Of a stretch of DNA of 64,000 nucleotides, positions 13,595 to 22,111 are shown piece after piece (the stretch's first letter is position 1; each line of letters begins with the position of its first letter). Source of the stretch: Burkholderiales bacterium (lineage in GTDB: Bacteria; Pseudomonadota; Gammaproteobacteria; Burkholderiales; SG8-39). The notes beneath the pieces were generated by a model. That model had not been told where the DNA came from, ran no database searches, and saw only the letters and a list, made by a program, of their open reading frames with translations. The DNA lies in assembly GCA_035652275.1 (NCBI GenBank), contig DASREB010000339.1:1142-65141 (forward strand), written 5' to 3'. A program made the translations under genes and the position numbers.

Positions 13595-13852
13595 ATGGAC
13601 GCGCGAGGGGCCATGATCGTCAGCATCCGTGATGTGAGCGCGCGTTGCGCGCGGTGCGGCGAGACCGATTTCAGGCAGCAGGACAGCGGCCCGCTGCGCC
13701 TCGACACGGTGATGCGCTGCGCAGGCTGCGGCCGCGAGACCACCTACCGCGATCTGCTCGACTCGATCGGCGAAGAAGCGATGCGCCGCGCAAACGAGGC
13801 ACTTGCAAAGCTTAAAAGAAACGCACCGAAGCGCCGCCGGCCGCGCAAATAG
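13595..13852 (+). CDS. small zinc-ribbon protein with basic tail (hypothetical)
   Basis: CARCGE...(20 aa)...CAGCGRE is a pair of CxxC motifs. C-terminus KLKRNAPKRRRPRK. Start uncertain (ATG 13595 or 13613; track ORF starts at 13544). Confidence 0.45.
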   Translation: MDARGAMIVSIRDVSARCARCGETDFRQQDSGPLRLDTVMRCAGCGRETTYRDLLDSIGEEAMRRANEALAKLKRNAPKRRRPRK

Positions 13853-13914
13853 ACTTTCAATCTTTCAAGGTGTCCTGACAGCGCGCGGCGGCGCCGCCTT
13901 CTATTCTCGCGGGC

Positions 13915-14247
13915 ATGAAGCCGCCGGCGGTGATGCTCATCGGCAAGAACCGACACGAAGCAACCCTCGCCTCCGCTGCACTCTACTGCGCCGGCGCGCG
14001 CATCGTCACGACGAAGCCCGACCTCGCGCTGCTGGTGGATGCCAGGGCGCTGCCGAAGCACATCAAGGTGCCGCTCGTCGCCATCGTCCCGGCGCGCGAA
14101 AAGCGCCGCGCGCTGGTGGCTGGCGTCGATGCGGCCTATGCGCGGCCGCGGCAGTGGAAAGCGTATTCGCGCCTGGTCGAGCGTGTGCTCGCCGAATGGA
14201 CCCCTACTCGTAAAGCCGCACGACCGCGTCGAGCCCGCTCCAGCTGA
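13915..14247 (+). CDS. hypothetical protein
   Basis: 110-aa ORF with ATG start in an otherwise empty gap. Its 3' end overlaps the convergent serB 3' end by 44 nt. No recognisable motif. Confidence 0.35.
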   Translation: MKPPAVMLIGKNRHEATLASAALYCAGARIVTTKPDLALLVDARALPKHIKVPLVAIVPAREKRRALVAGVDAAYARPRQWKAYSRLVERVLAEWTPTRKAARPRRARSS

Positions 14248-15007
14248 TCGCGCAGCCGGCCTGCGCCCGCACCACCGGTTTCGCATGAAACGCCACGGAG
14301 AGTCCCGCGAGCGCCATCATCTTCAGGTCGTTCGCGCCATCGCCGATGGCCACGCTCTCTTCGCGGCGCGCCCCTAGCTCCTGCATCGCCGCGGTGAACT
14401 TCGCCGCCTTCGCCTCCGCATCCACAATGTCGCCCAGCACCTTGCCCGTCAGCCGGCCGGCATTGATCTCCAGGCGGTTCGAGAGGGTGAAGTGAATGCC
14501 GAGGCGCGCTTTCAGCCGCTCGGTAAAGAAGCTAAAGCCTCCTGATACCAGCAGCACACGGATATCGTGCCGCCGGCAGGCGGCGAGCAATTCGTCTGCG
14601 CCGGGCGTGAGCCGCAGCCGCTCTTCGTACACGGTGGCAAGCGCGCTCTCCGGCAAGCCGGCGAGCAGCCCGACGCGCTTGCGCAGGCTCTGCCGATAGT
14701 CGAGCTCGCCGCGCATCGCCTGCGCGGTGATCGCGGCGATCTCGCTCTTGCAGCCCGCGAGCTCGCCCAGCTCGTCGATGCATTCGATGGTAATCAGCGT
14801 CGAGTCCATGTCCATCGCGAGGAGCTTCAGGTCGGCGAAGCGCCTTCCTTCGGGGACGAAGGCGTAGTCGATGCGCTCCTTCTCGCAATACGGCGCGATG
14901 CCATCGGCTGGCGCCGCCTTGCGGATGCGCCAGGCGTGCTCGGCGATCTTCTCGATCGTCGCTGAGCCCGCCAGCCGCGCGAGGGCCTGCGCCTGAGCGC
15001 TGCTCAT
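14204..15007 (-). CDS. serB: phosphoserine phosphatase (HAD superfamily)
   Basis: 267 aa. HAD motif I LLAMDMDSTLITIECIDE, later GDGANDLKMM. Length and pattern match SerB. Confidence 0.9.
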   Translation of the reverse strand: MSSAQAQALARLAGSATIEKIAEHAWRIRKAAPADGIAPYCEKERIDYAFVPEGRRFADLKLLAMDMDSTLITIECIDELGELAGCKSEIAAITAQAMRGELDYRQSLRKRVGLLAGLPESALATVYEERLRLTPGADELLAACRRHDIRVLLVSGGFSFFTERLKARLGIHFTLSNRLEINAGRLTGKVLGDIVDAEAKAAKFTAAMQELGARREESVAIGDGANDLKMMALAGLSVAFHAKPVVRAQAGCAISWSGLDAVVRLYE

Positions 15008-15031
15008 CGCGGCACCTTGGACGACGAGGTT

Positions 15032-15071
15032 AATAGGGACAGTCCCTGTTTAAATGGGGTCTGTCCCCATT
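15032..15071. repeat. 40-bp imperfect palindrome (REP-like hairpin) between mfd stop and serB start
   Basis: AATAGGGACAGTCCCTGTTT|AAATGGGGTCTGTCCCCATT. The arms pair at 16 of 20 positions with Watson-Crick pairs plus 2 G:T. The left arm contains the self-palindrome GGGACAGTCCC. Confidence 0.7.
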
Positions 15072-18000
15072 CAGGCAGCCAATTGCAGGAGGATGTCTTT
15101 CACCGCCTGGGCGCGCTCGGGCCACGCCGGCAGCTTGGCCTCCACGCGCAGCCGATCCGGACCGGCAAGGCGCGCGGCCTTGCCCTTTTTCTGCACGAAG
15201 GCGATGACCCGGCCGCTGTCGATCGGCGGGTTCTTGACGAATTGCAGCTGCACCGCCTCGTGCGTGACATCGACGCGGGAGACGCCGAGCGGCCGCGCAG
15301 CGAGGCGCACTTCGTGGCACTGGAGCAGCGCTTTCGCCGGCTCGGGCATCTCGCCGAAGCGGTCGATCAGCTCCTCGCGCAGCGCGTCGAGCGCTTCGCG
15401 GCTGTCGGCATCGGCGAGCCGCTTGTAGATCGAGAGGCGCTCATGCACATCGCTGCAGTAGGTCTCCGGGAGGAGCGCCGGCACGTGCAGGTTCACCTCG
15501 GTGGAGATGTCCAGGGCGTCGTCCAGATCCGCCGCCTTGCCGGCTTTCAGGCGACGTACGGCGCGCTCGAGCATGCGCGTGTAGAGCGAGAAGCCCACCT
15601 CCTGGATCTCGCCCGACTGCTCTTCGCCCAGGATTTCGCCCGCGCCGCGGATCTCGAGGTCGTGCATCGCCAGGTAAAAGCCGGAGCCGAGCTCCTCCAT
15701 CATCTGGATCGCTTCCAGGCGCTTCAGCGCATTCTTGTTGAGCGACTCTTCCGGCGGCGTGAGGAGGTACGCATAGGCCTGGTGGTGCGAGCGGCCGACG
15801 CGGCCGCGCAGCTGGTGGAGCTGCGCGAGGCCGAACTTGTCGGCGCGGTTGATGACGATGGTGTTGGCGTGCGGATTGTCGATGCCGGTCTCGATGATGG
15901 TCGAGCACAGCAGCACGTTCGCTCGCTGCGCGGTGAAGTCGCGCATGACGCGCTCGAGCTCGCGCTCGGGCATCTGCCCGTGCGCGACGGCGATGCGCGC
16001 TTCGGGCAGCAGGCGCGCCAGGCGCTCGCGCATGCGCTCGATCGACTCGACTTCGTTGTGCAGGAAGTACACCTGCCCGCCGCGCTTGAGCTCGCGCATC
16101 ACCGCCTCGCGGATCAAGCCTTCGGAGAAGGGCGCGACGAACGTCTTGATCGCCAGGCGCTTCTCGGGCGCGGTGGCGATCACCGAGAAGTCGCGGATGC
16201 CCTCCAGCGACATGGCGAGCGTGCGCGGAATCGGCGTCGCCGTGAGCGTCAGCACATCGACCTCGGCGCGCAGCTTCTTCAGCGCTTCCTTCTGCCGCAC
16301 GCCGAAACGGTGCTCTTCATCGATGATCACCAGCCCGACCCGCGGCAGCTTGACATCGCGGCCGAGCAGCTTGTGGGTGCCGATGACGATCTCGAGCTCG
16401 CCCTTGCCGAGCTTCTCCAGGATTTCGTTCGACTGCTTGGCGGTCTTGAAGCGCGAGAGCTCGGCGATGCGCACCGGCCAGTCGGCAAAGCGGTCGTTGA
16501 AAGTGTGGAAATGCTGCTCGGCGAGGAGCGTTGTCGGGCAGAGCACCACCACCTGCTTGTTGTCCGCCACCGCCACGAACGCCGCGCGCAGCGCCACTTC
16601 GGTCTTGCCGAAGCCGACGTCGCCGCAGACCAGGCGATCCATCGGCTTGCCGGCCGCCATGTCGGCGAGCACCGCCTCGATCGCCGCCGCCTGGTCCGGC
16701 GTCTCCTCGAAGTCGAAGCCGGCGGCGAACGCTTCGAGATCGTGCTGCCGGATGCCGAAGGCATGGCCATGCCGCGAGGCGCGCTTGGCATAGAGCGCGA
16801 GCAGCTCGGCGGCGGTGTCGCGCACCTGCTTCGCCGCGCGCGCCTTCGCCTTGTCCCATTGGCCGCTGCCGAGCTTGTGAAGCGGCGCCTCCTCGGGCTG
16901 CGCGCCGCTGTAGCGGCCGATCACGCCGAGCTGCGACACCGGCACGTAGAGCTTGTCGCCGCCCTCGTATTCGAGCAGCAGGAACTCGGCCTTGCCGTCC
17001 TCCAGGTCCAGCGCGACCAGCCCCTGGTAGCGGCCGATGCCATGCTCCTCGTGCACCACCGGATCACCGACCTTGAGCTCCGAGAGATCGCGCAGCATGC
17101 TCTCGACCGAGCTGCGCTTCTCGGCAGTGCGGCCGCGCCGCCGCACCACGCCGGCGTAGAGCTCGGCCTCGGTGACGATGGCCCAGCCCTCGCCGGGCAC
17201 GGCGAACCCGTGCGCAAGCGGCGCCACGCCGAGCGTGAAGGCCGCGGTGCTGGCTTGAAACTGCTCGTAGCTCGCGGCCGGCGCCGGTTTCAGGCCGTAC
17301 TCGGCGAAGTAGGTCGCCATGGTTTCGCGCCGTCCCGGCGATTCCGCCGCCACCATGACGCGGAGCTTCGAGCTCTCGAGGAATGCCTTCAGCCCGGCGA
17401 GCGGGTCGTGCGCTCGCCGGTCTACCGCGAGCGGCGGCAGCGCCTCAGTGCCGAGCGGTCCGTCGCCGGCCTCATCGGTCTCCTGGAAATCGAGGCGCGG
17501 GTGCTCCTTCGCCCGGAGGTAAAACTCCTCCGCCGGAACGAACATGTGCGCGGGCGCAAGCAGCGGCCGGTCCGGATCGCCGCCCTGCATGCGGTAACGC
17601 GACTGGATATCGCGCCAGAAATCGTTGACCGCCGAGGACACATCGCGGTGCAGGGCGAGCGTGCAGCCCTTGGGCAGATAGTCGAAGAGCGTTGCCGTGC
17701 TCTCGAAAAAGAGCGGCAGGTAGTATTCGACACCCGCCGCCGGCACGCCGTTCGAGACATCGCGGTAGAGGCGCTTCTTCGATGGATCGCCCTCGAAGAG
17801 CTCGCGCCAGCGGCTGCGAAAGCGCGCGCGCCCGGCGTCGTCGAGCGGGAATTCGCGCGCCGGCAGCATGCGGATCTCGGTCACGCTGTAGAGCGTGCGC
17901 TGCGTGTCGACGTCGAACGTCTTGATGCTGTCGATGAGATCGTCGTCGAGGTCGAGCCGGTAGGGCAGCGCGCTGCCCATCGGGAAGAGGTCGATGATGC

Positions 18001-18478
18001 CGCCACGGACGCAGACTTCGCCCGGCGCGACCACCTGGGTCACGTGCGTATAGCCCGCCGTGGCGACTTGCGAGCGCAATTGCTCGGTGTCGAGCGTGGC
18101 GCCCGTGCGCAGGAAGAACGTGTGCGCGGCGATATACGAAGGCGGGCAAAGACGCAGCAGCGCTGTGGCGGCCGGCACCACGGCGACGTCGAACTCGCCC
18201 CGCTGGATGCGGTAGAGCGTGGCGAGCCGCTCGGAAACGAGGTCGTGGTGCGGCGAGAACTGGTCGTAGGGCAGCGTCTCCCAGTCCGGCAGCAGACAGA
18301 CACGCAGCTGCGGCGCAAACCAGCAGATTTCGTCGACCAGGCGCTGGGCATCAAGCGCGGTCGCCGTGACGAGCGCAATCGGGTGCTCTTCCTGCGCGAG
18401 GCGCGCCAGGGCCAGCGCGTCGGCGGAGCCGGCGAGCTTCGTGTAGCGCCTGCGAGCGGGGAGCGAATCGCGCTGCAT
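15071..18478 (-). CDS. mfd: transcription-repair coupling factor
   Basis: 1135 aa. Helicase motifs GDVGFGKTEVALRA and DEEHRFGV, UvrB-homology N-terminus, RNAP-interaction/CarD-like region (VHEEHGIGRY). Confidence 0.97.
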   Translation of the reverse strand: MQRDSLPARRRYTKLAGSADALALARLAQEEHPIALVTATALDAQRLVDEICWFAPQLRVCLLPDWETLPYDQFSPHHDLVSERLATLYRIQRGEFDVAVVPAATALLRLCPPSYIAAHTFFLRTGATLDTEQLRSQVATAGYTHVTQVVAPGEVCVRGGIIDLFPMGSALPYRLDLDDDLIDSIKTFDVDTQRTLYSVTEIRMLPAREFPLDDAGRARFRSRWRELFEGDPSKKRLYRDVSNGVPAAGVEYYLPLFFESTATLFDYLPKGCTLALHRDVSSAVNDFWRDIQSRYRMQGGDPDRPLLAPAHMFVPAEEFYLRAKEHPRLDFQETDEAGDGPLGTEALPPLAVDRRAHDPLAGLKAFLESSKLRVMVAAESPGRRETMATYFAEYGLKPAPAASYEQFQASTAAFTLGVAPLAHGFAVPGEGWAIVTEAELYAGVVRRRGRTAEKRSSVESMLRDLSELKVGDPVVHEEHGIGRYQGLVALDLEDGKAEFLLLEYEGGDKLYVPVSQLGVIGRYSGAQPEEAPLHKLGSGQWDKAKARAAKQVRDTAAELLALYAKRASRHGHAFGIRQHDLEAFAAGFDFEETPDQAAAIEAVLADMAAGKPMDRLVCGDVGFGKTEVALRAAFVAVADNKQVVVLCPTTLLAEQHFHTFNDRFADWPVRIAELSRFKTAKQSNEILEKLGKGELEIVIGTHKLLGRDVKLPRVGLVIIDEEHRFGVRQKEALKKLRAEVDVLTLTATPIPRTLAMSLEGIRDFSVIATAPEKRLAIKTFVAPFSEGLIREAVMRELKRGGQVYFLHNEVESIERMRERLARLLPEARIAVAHGQMPERELERVMRDFTAQRANVLLCSTIIETGIDNPHANTIVINRADKFGLAQLHQLRGRVGRSHHQAYAYLLTPPEESLNKNALKRLEAIQMMEELGSGFYLAMHDLEIRGAGEILGEEQSGEIQEVGFSLYTRMLERAVRRLKAGKAADLDDALDISTEVNLHVPALLPETYCSDVHERLSIYKRLADADSREALDALREELIDRFGEMPEPAKALLQCHEVRLAARPLGVSRVDVTHEAVQLQFVKNPPIDSGRVIAFVQKKGKAARLAGPDRLRVEAKLPAWPERAQAVKDILLQLAA

Positions 18479-18498
18479 CAGAATAAAAAGCTAGAGAA

Positions 18499-18548
18499 AA
18501 TCGGGGTCAGGCACCGATTCCCGGTGAAATCGGTGCCTGACCCCGATT
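18499..18548. repeat. perfect 21-bp inverted repeat with 8-bp spacer in the mfd/ispD divergent intergenic region
   Basis: AATCGGGGTCAGGCACCGATT-cccggtga-AATCGGTGCCTGACCCCGATT. Each arm is itself bounded by AATCGG...CCGATT. Confidence 0.85.
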
Positions 18549-18591
18549 ATTCAATAGCCGTGCAATTATATCGGTCTGAATTAGAACAACT

Positions 18592-19284
18592 TTGGCGATC
18601 TTCGCTCTCATTCCAGCTGCGGGTAGCGGCGCGCGCATGCGAGCCGCGACGCCGAAGCAGTACCTGCCGCTCGCGGGCCAGCCGCTGCTCTGGCACGCGG
18701 TGCGTGCCGTGTGCGTGCCGCAGGTGAGCGCGGTGTTCGTCGTGCTCGCGGCGAATGACGAGCACTTTGCGCGCCATGACTGGAGCGCGTTCGGCGACAA
18801 GGTGAATCCGCTCTATTGCGGCGGCGATACCCGGCGCGAGTCGGTTTTGCACGGCCTCGCCGCCCTGCGCGGCGCGGTCGAAGCCGACGACTGGATGCTG
18901 GTGCACGACGCGGCACGGCCCTGCGTTCCGGCCACGGATCTGGATAAGCTCCTGGAGGAAGGGTCCGGCGATGCCATCGGCGCGATCCTCGCCTTGCCGG
19001 TGGCGGAAACGGTGAAGCGCGCGGGCAAGGACGAAGGCGGCGTGCAGCGCATCGCGGCGACCGAAGACCGCGCGCAGCTCTGGCTCGCGCAGACGCCGCA
19101 GCTCTTTCGCACCGGGCTCCTGATGCAGGCGCTCGCCGGCGCGCCCCACGCAACCGATGAGGCGGCCGCGGTCGAGCACCTCGGCCTGCGGCCGCGGCTG
19201 GTGCTCGGCAGCCGCGACAACCTCAAGGTCACGTTTCCCGAGGATCTGGCGATCGCCGAAGCGATCCTCGCGAGGCGCCGGTGA
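18592..19284 (+). CDS. ispD: 2-C-methyl-D-erythritol 4-phosphate cytidylyltransferase
   Basis: [27 protein letters not shown]-terminal signature. TTG start at 18592 is inferred (no upstream ATG). The stop overlaps the ispF GTG. Confidence 0.9.
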   Translation: MAIFALIPAAGSGARMRAATPKQYLPLAGQPLLWHAVRAVCVPQVSAVFVVLAANDEHFARHDWSAFGDKVNPLYCGGDTRRESVLHGLAALRGAVEADDWMLVHDAARPCVPATDLDKLLEEGSGDAIGAILALPVAETVKRAGKDEGGVQRIAATEDRAQLWLAQTPQLFRTGLLMQALAGAPHATDEAAAVEHLGLRPRLVLGSRDNLKVTFPEDLAIAEAILARRR

Positions 19285-19748
19285 GAATCGGCCAGGGCTT
19301 CGATGTGCACCCGCTGGTGCGCGGCCGCAAGCTGATCATTGGCGGCGTCGAGATTCCTTATGAGCGGGGGCTCGAGGGCCATTCCGATGCCGATGTGCTG
19401 CTGCATGCCATCTGCGATGCGCTGCTCGGCGCGGCCGGGCTTGGCGACATCGGCCAGCATTACCCGGATACGAATGCCGAGTTCCGCGGCGTGGACAGCC
19501 GCAAGCTCTTGCGCGACGTTGCCAAAAAGCTGGCTCGGCTTAATCTGCGGGTAGTGAATATCGACGCCACCATCCTTGCCCAGGAGCCGCGCATGGCGCC
19601 GCACGTGGCGCGCATGATCGGCAACATCAGCGCCGATCTCGGCGTGGCGCCCGCGCAGGTCAACATCAAGGCCACCACGACGGAGCATCTGGGCTTCCTC
19701 GGGCGCGCGGAAGGCATCGCCGCGCAGGCGGTTGCGCTCCTCGAATAA
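19281..19748 (+). CDS. ispF: 2-C-methyl-D-erythritol 2,4-cyclodiphosphate synthase
   Basis: [12 protein letters not shown]...[19 protein letters not shown] is the classic IspF metal-binding pattern. 155 aa. Confidence 0.95.
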   Translation: MRIGQGFDVHPLVRGRKLIIGGVEIPYERGLEGHSDADVLLHAICDALLGAAGLGDIGQHYPDTNAEFRGVDSRKLLRDVAKKLARLNLRVVNIDATILAQEPRMAPHVARMIGNISADLGVAPAQVNIKATTTEHLGFLGRAEGIAAQAVALLE

Positions 19749-20353
19749 TGTATTCGCCGCCCTACAACCGGGTCGAAGATCGCGCCGAGCTCATTGCCTT
19801 CATGCGCGCCAACAACTTTCCGGTGCTGGTCACGGGGCTCGGCGGCGCGCTGCAGGCATCGCACCTGCCGGCGATGATCGACGAGGCGGGCGGCGAGATC
19901 ATGATCGACATGCATATGGCGCAGGCCAATCCGCAGTGGCACGATTTCTTCGACGAGGAGGCGATGGTCATCTTCACCGGTGCGCACGCCTATATCTCGC
20001 CCCGCTGGTACGAGGAAGCCGAGCGCGTGCCGACGTGGAACTATGCGGCGGTCCATGCCTACGGCGTGCCGAAGATCATCGACGACCCGGCGGCGAAGCA
20101 TGCGTCGCAGCGCCGGCTGGTGGCGGCCATGGACCCGCAGTGGCTGCCGAAGTTCGATGCCCTGGATCCGAAATACGTGACCGGCATGCTGAACGGCATC
20201 GTCAATTTCCAGATCCCGGTCACGCGGCTCGAGGCGCGCTGGAAGCTCTCGCAGAATCGCGGCCGCCGCGAGATGGAGCTCATCGTCGCGGCGCTGCAGG
20301 CGCAGGGAGAGACGGCGCTCGCCGCGCTCATGCGCAAGCACTACGTGGAGTAG
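19748..20353 (+). CDS. FMN-binding negative transcriptional regulator, PaiB family
   Basis: 201 aa. [29 protein letters not shown] and the central PTWNYAAVHAYG are typical of PaiB-like proteins. TAATG overlap with ispF. Confidence 0.75.
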   Translation: MYSPPYNRVEDRAELIAFMRANNFPVLVTGLGGALQASHLPAMIDEAGGEIMIDMHMAQANPQWHDFFDEEAMVIFTGAHAYISPRWYEEAERVPTWNYAAVHAYGVPKIIDDPAAKHASQRRLVAAMDPQWLPKFDALDPKYVTGMLNGIVNFQIPVTRLEARWKLSQNRGRREMELIVAALQAQGETALAALMRKHYVE

Positions 20354-20356
20354 TCC

Positions 20357-20809
20357 ATGACTCGCTACGTGATCGCTGCCGGCCTCATCTCGCTTGGCGC
20401 CGCCATTTTTGCCGCGATCGGTCTGCTCGAGCCGGCGCGGCTCGGCTGGACCGCGGCCACGCCGGGCTGGGTGAAGCTCTGCCTGGTGATGCTGCTCGCC
20501 CTGCCCATCCTGTGGTTGCTCGCGTTTCGCCACCAATTGCAGTCGGGATGGGCGCTCACCGATGAGAGTCCGGTCACGATGTATGCGCAGGTGGAGGTCG
20601 AGCATGGCTCGGATGCCACCGGCTACTACGTCTGCCTGCGTGCCGCGCCGCAAGCGCCGGTGCTGCATCGGCTCGCGGTGCAGCGCCCGCATGGCAGCCT
20701 CGATCCGCTGCGCACGCCGCAGGCGGCGAAGGTGTTCATTGACAGCCGCAGCGGCAAGCCGCTGGTGGTCGAAGTCGCCGGCCACCGCCTCTGGACCTTG
20801 CTCACGTAG
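20357..20809 (+). CDS. hypothetical membrane protein (two predicted TM helices)
   Basis: 150-aa ORF. Hydrophobic segments VIAAGLISLGAAIFAAIGLL and LCLVMLLALPILWLLAF. Tightly packed between neighbouring genes. Confidence 0.5.
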   Translation: MTRYVIAAGLISLGAAIFAAIGLLEPARLGWTAATPGWVKLCLVMLLALPILWLLAFRHQLQSGWALTDESPVTMYAQVEVEHGSDATGYYVCLRAAPQAPVLHRLAVQRPHGSLDPLRTPQAAKVFIDSRSGKPLVVEVAGHRLWTLLT

Positions 20810-21315
20810 TGCGCCTTTTCTTCGCGCTCTGGCCGCCGGCAAAGACCGCGCACGCGCTGGCGCAGTGGACCCACGAGGTGGCGCACGGCGCCGGCGGCAC
20901 GCCGACTGCGAGCGACAAGATCCATCTGACGCTCGCCTTTCTCGGCGAGGCGGATCCGGGCAAGGCCTACAACGCGGCGCAGCGCGTGCAAGGCGCCCGC
21001 CACGCGCTGCCGATCGACCATGCTCAATACTGGAAGCACAACAAGATCGTCTGGGTCGGACCGCAAGCGATGCCCGCGCCGCTCGCTGCGCTGGTCAACC
21101 GGCTGCACGGCTCGCTTAAGGAACACGGGTTCATGCTGGAGGAGAGGCCCTTCGCAGCGCACATCACTGTGCTGCGCAAGGCAAAGGCGCCGCCGTCGCT
21201 TCCGGCGCTACCGCGCGTCGACTGGCCGGTGAACGAGATGCTGCTGGTGCGCTCGCGCACGTCGCCGAAAGGCTCAACCTACGAGCCGCTAGAGCGCTTT
21301 CCGTTGCAAGGATGA
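20809..21315 (+). CDS. thpR: RNA 2',3'-cyclic phosphodiesterase (2H phosphoesterase, ThpR/LigT-like)
   Basis: 168 aa. MRLFFALWPP start plus the two H-x-T/S motifs HLTLAFLG and HITVLRK that define the 2H family. Confidence 0.8.
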   Translation: MRLFFALWPPAKTAHALAQWTHEVAHGAGGTPTASDKIHLTLAFLGEADPGKAYNAAQRVQGARHALPIDHAQYWKHNKIVWVGPQAMPAPLAALVNRLHGSLKEHGFMLEERPFAAHITVLRKAKAPPSLPALPRVDWPVNEMLLVRSRTSPKGSTYEPLERFPLQG

Positions 21316-21839
21316 AGCGTTATCGTTGGCGCGTGCGCACCTTGGCGATCATGGTGCTCGCCTGCGCCGCGCTGCACGCCGCGGCCGACGAGCCGACCGA
21401 CGGACCGAAGAGCGTCTTCCACGACCCTTTCATCGACAAGCTGGTCGGCGAATGGCGCCTGATGCGGCACATCCGCGGGCGTGACGTGGAGAACACGGTC
21501 AGTGCCGATTGGGTTCTCAACCACCAGTTCCTGCGCATCCACATGAAGGACGTCGCCGAGCCGCCGGCCTACGAGGCGCTCGCGTACATCGGCTATCAGG
21601 ACGCCGATCAGCGTTATGTCGTGCACTGGCTCGATGTCTACGGCGGCAAGTTCTCTGCCATCGGCTACGGCAAGCGCACCGGCGACAGCATTGCGTTCGT
21701 GTTCCAGTACGACGACGGCCCCTTCTACAACACCTTCAAATGGGACCCGCGCACCGAGAGCTGGACCTTTACGATGGAAACGACCGGCAAGGACGGCAAG
21801 CGCGAGCTGTTCGCGGTCGATACGCTGCGGCGCAATTAG
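21312..21839 (+). CDS. secreted hypothetical protein
   Basis: 175 aa with N-terminal signal-like segment LAIMVLACAALHAAA. ATGA overlap with thpR. No catalytic motif recognised. Confidence 0.55.
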   Translation: MKRYRWRVRTLAIMVLACAALHAAADEPTDGPKSVFHDPFIDKLVGEWRLMRHIRGRDVENTVSADWVLNHQFLRIHMKDVAEPPAYEALAYIGYQDADQRYVVHWLDVYGGKFSAIGYGKRTGDSIAFVFQYDDGPFYNTFKWDPRTESWTFTMETTGKDGKRELFAVDTLRRN

Positions 21840-21841
21840 CC

Positions 21842-22111
21842 ATGCTCTTCATGGTCATCGAGCATTTCCGTCCCGGGCGCGCCGCGGAGATTTACCGCCG
21901 CTTCCGCGAGCACGGCCGCATGGCCCCGGACGGGCTGCGCTATGTCGCGAGCTGGGTCGATCTCAAGTACGAGCGCTGCTTCCAGGTGATGGAGACCGAC
22001 GATCCGGCGCTTTTCAATGAGTGGAGCGCGAACTGGGATGATCTGGTGGATTTTGAGATCGTGCCGGTGCGCACATCGGCGGAGGCGGCGGCCGCGCTCG
22101 TCCAGCCGTGA
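21842..22111 (+). CDS. DUF3303-like small protein
   Basis: 89 aa starting MLFMVIEHFRPGRAAEIYRRFREHGRM, the pattern I associate with DUF3303. It is the last part of a longer track ORF. Confidence 0.6.
   Translation: MLFMVIEHFRPGRAAEIYRRFREHGRMAPDGLRYVASWVDLKYERCFQVMETDDPALFNEWSANWDDLVDFEIVPVRTSAEAAAALVQP

Noticed and set aside
15017-18727. 1236-aa ORF on the plus strand covering the whole mfd region
   Set aside because: It is antisense to a gene with unambiguous Mfd helicase motifs. Its product is Arg/Ala/His/Leu-rich low-complexity sequence with no motifs. This is a typical high-GC antisense artefact.
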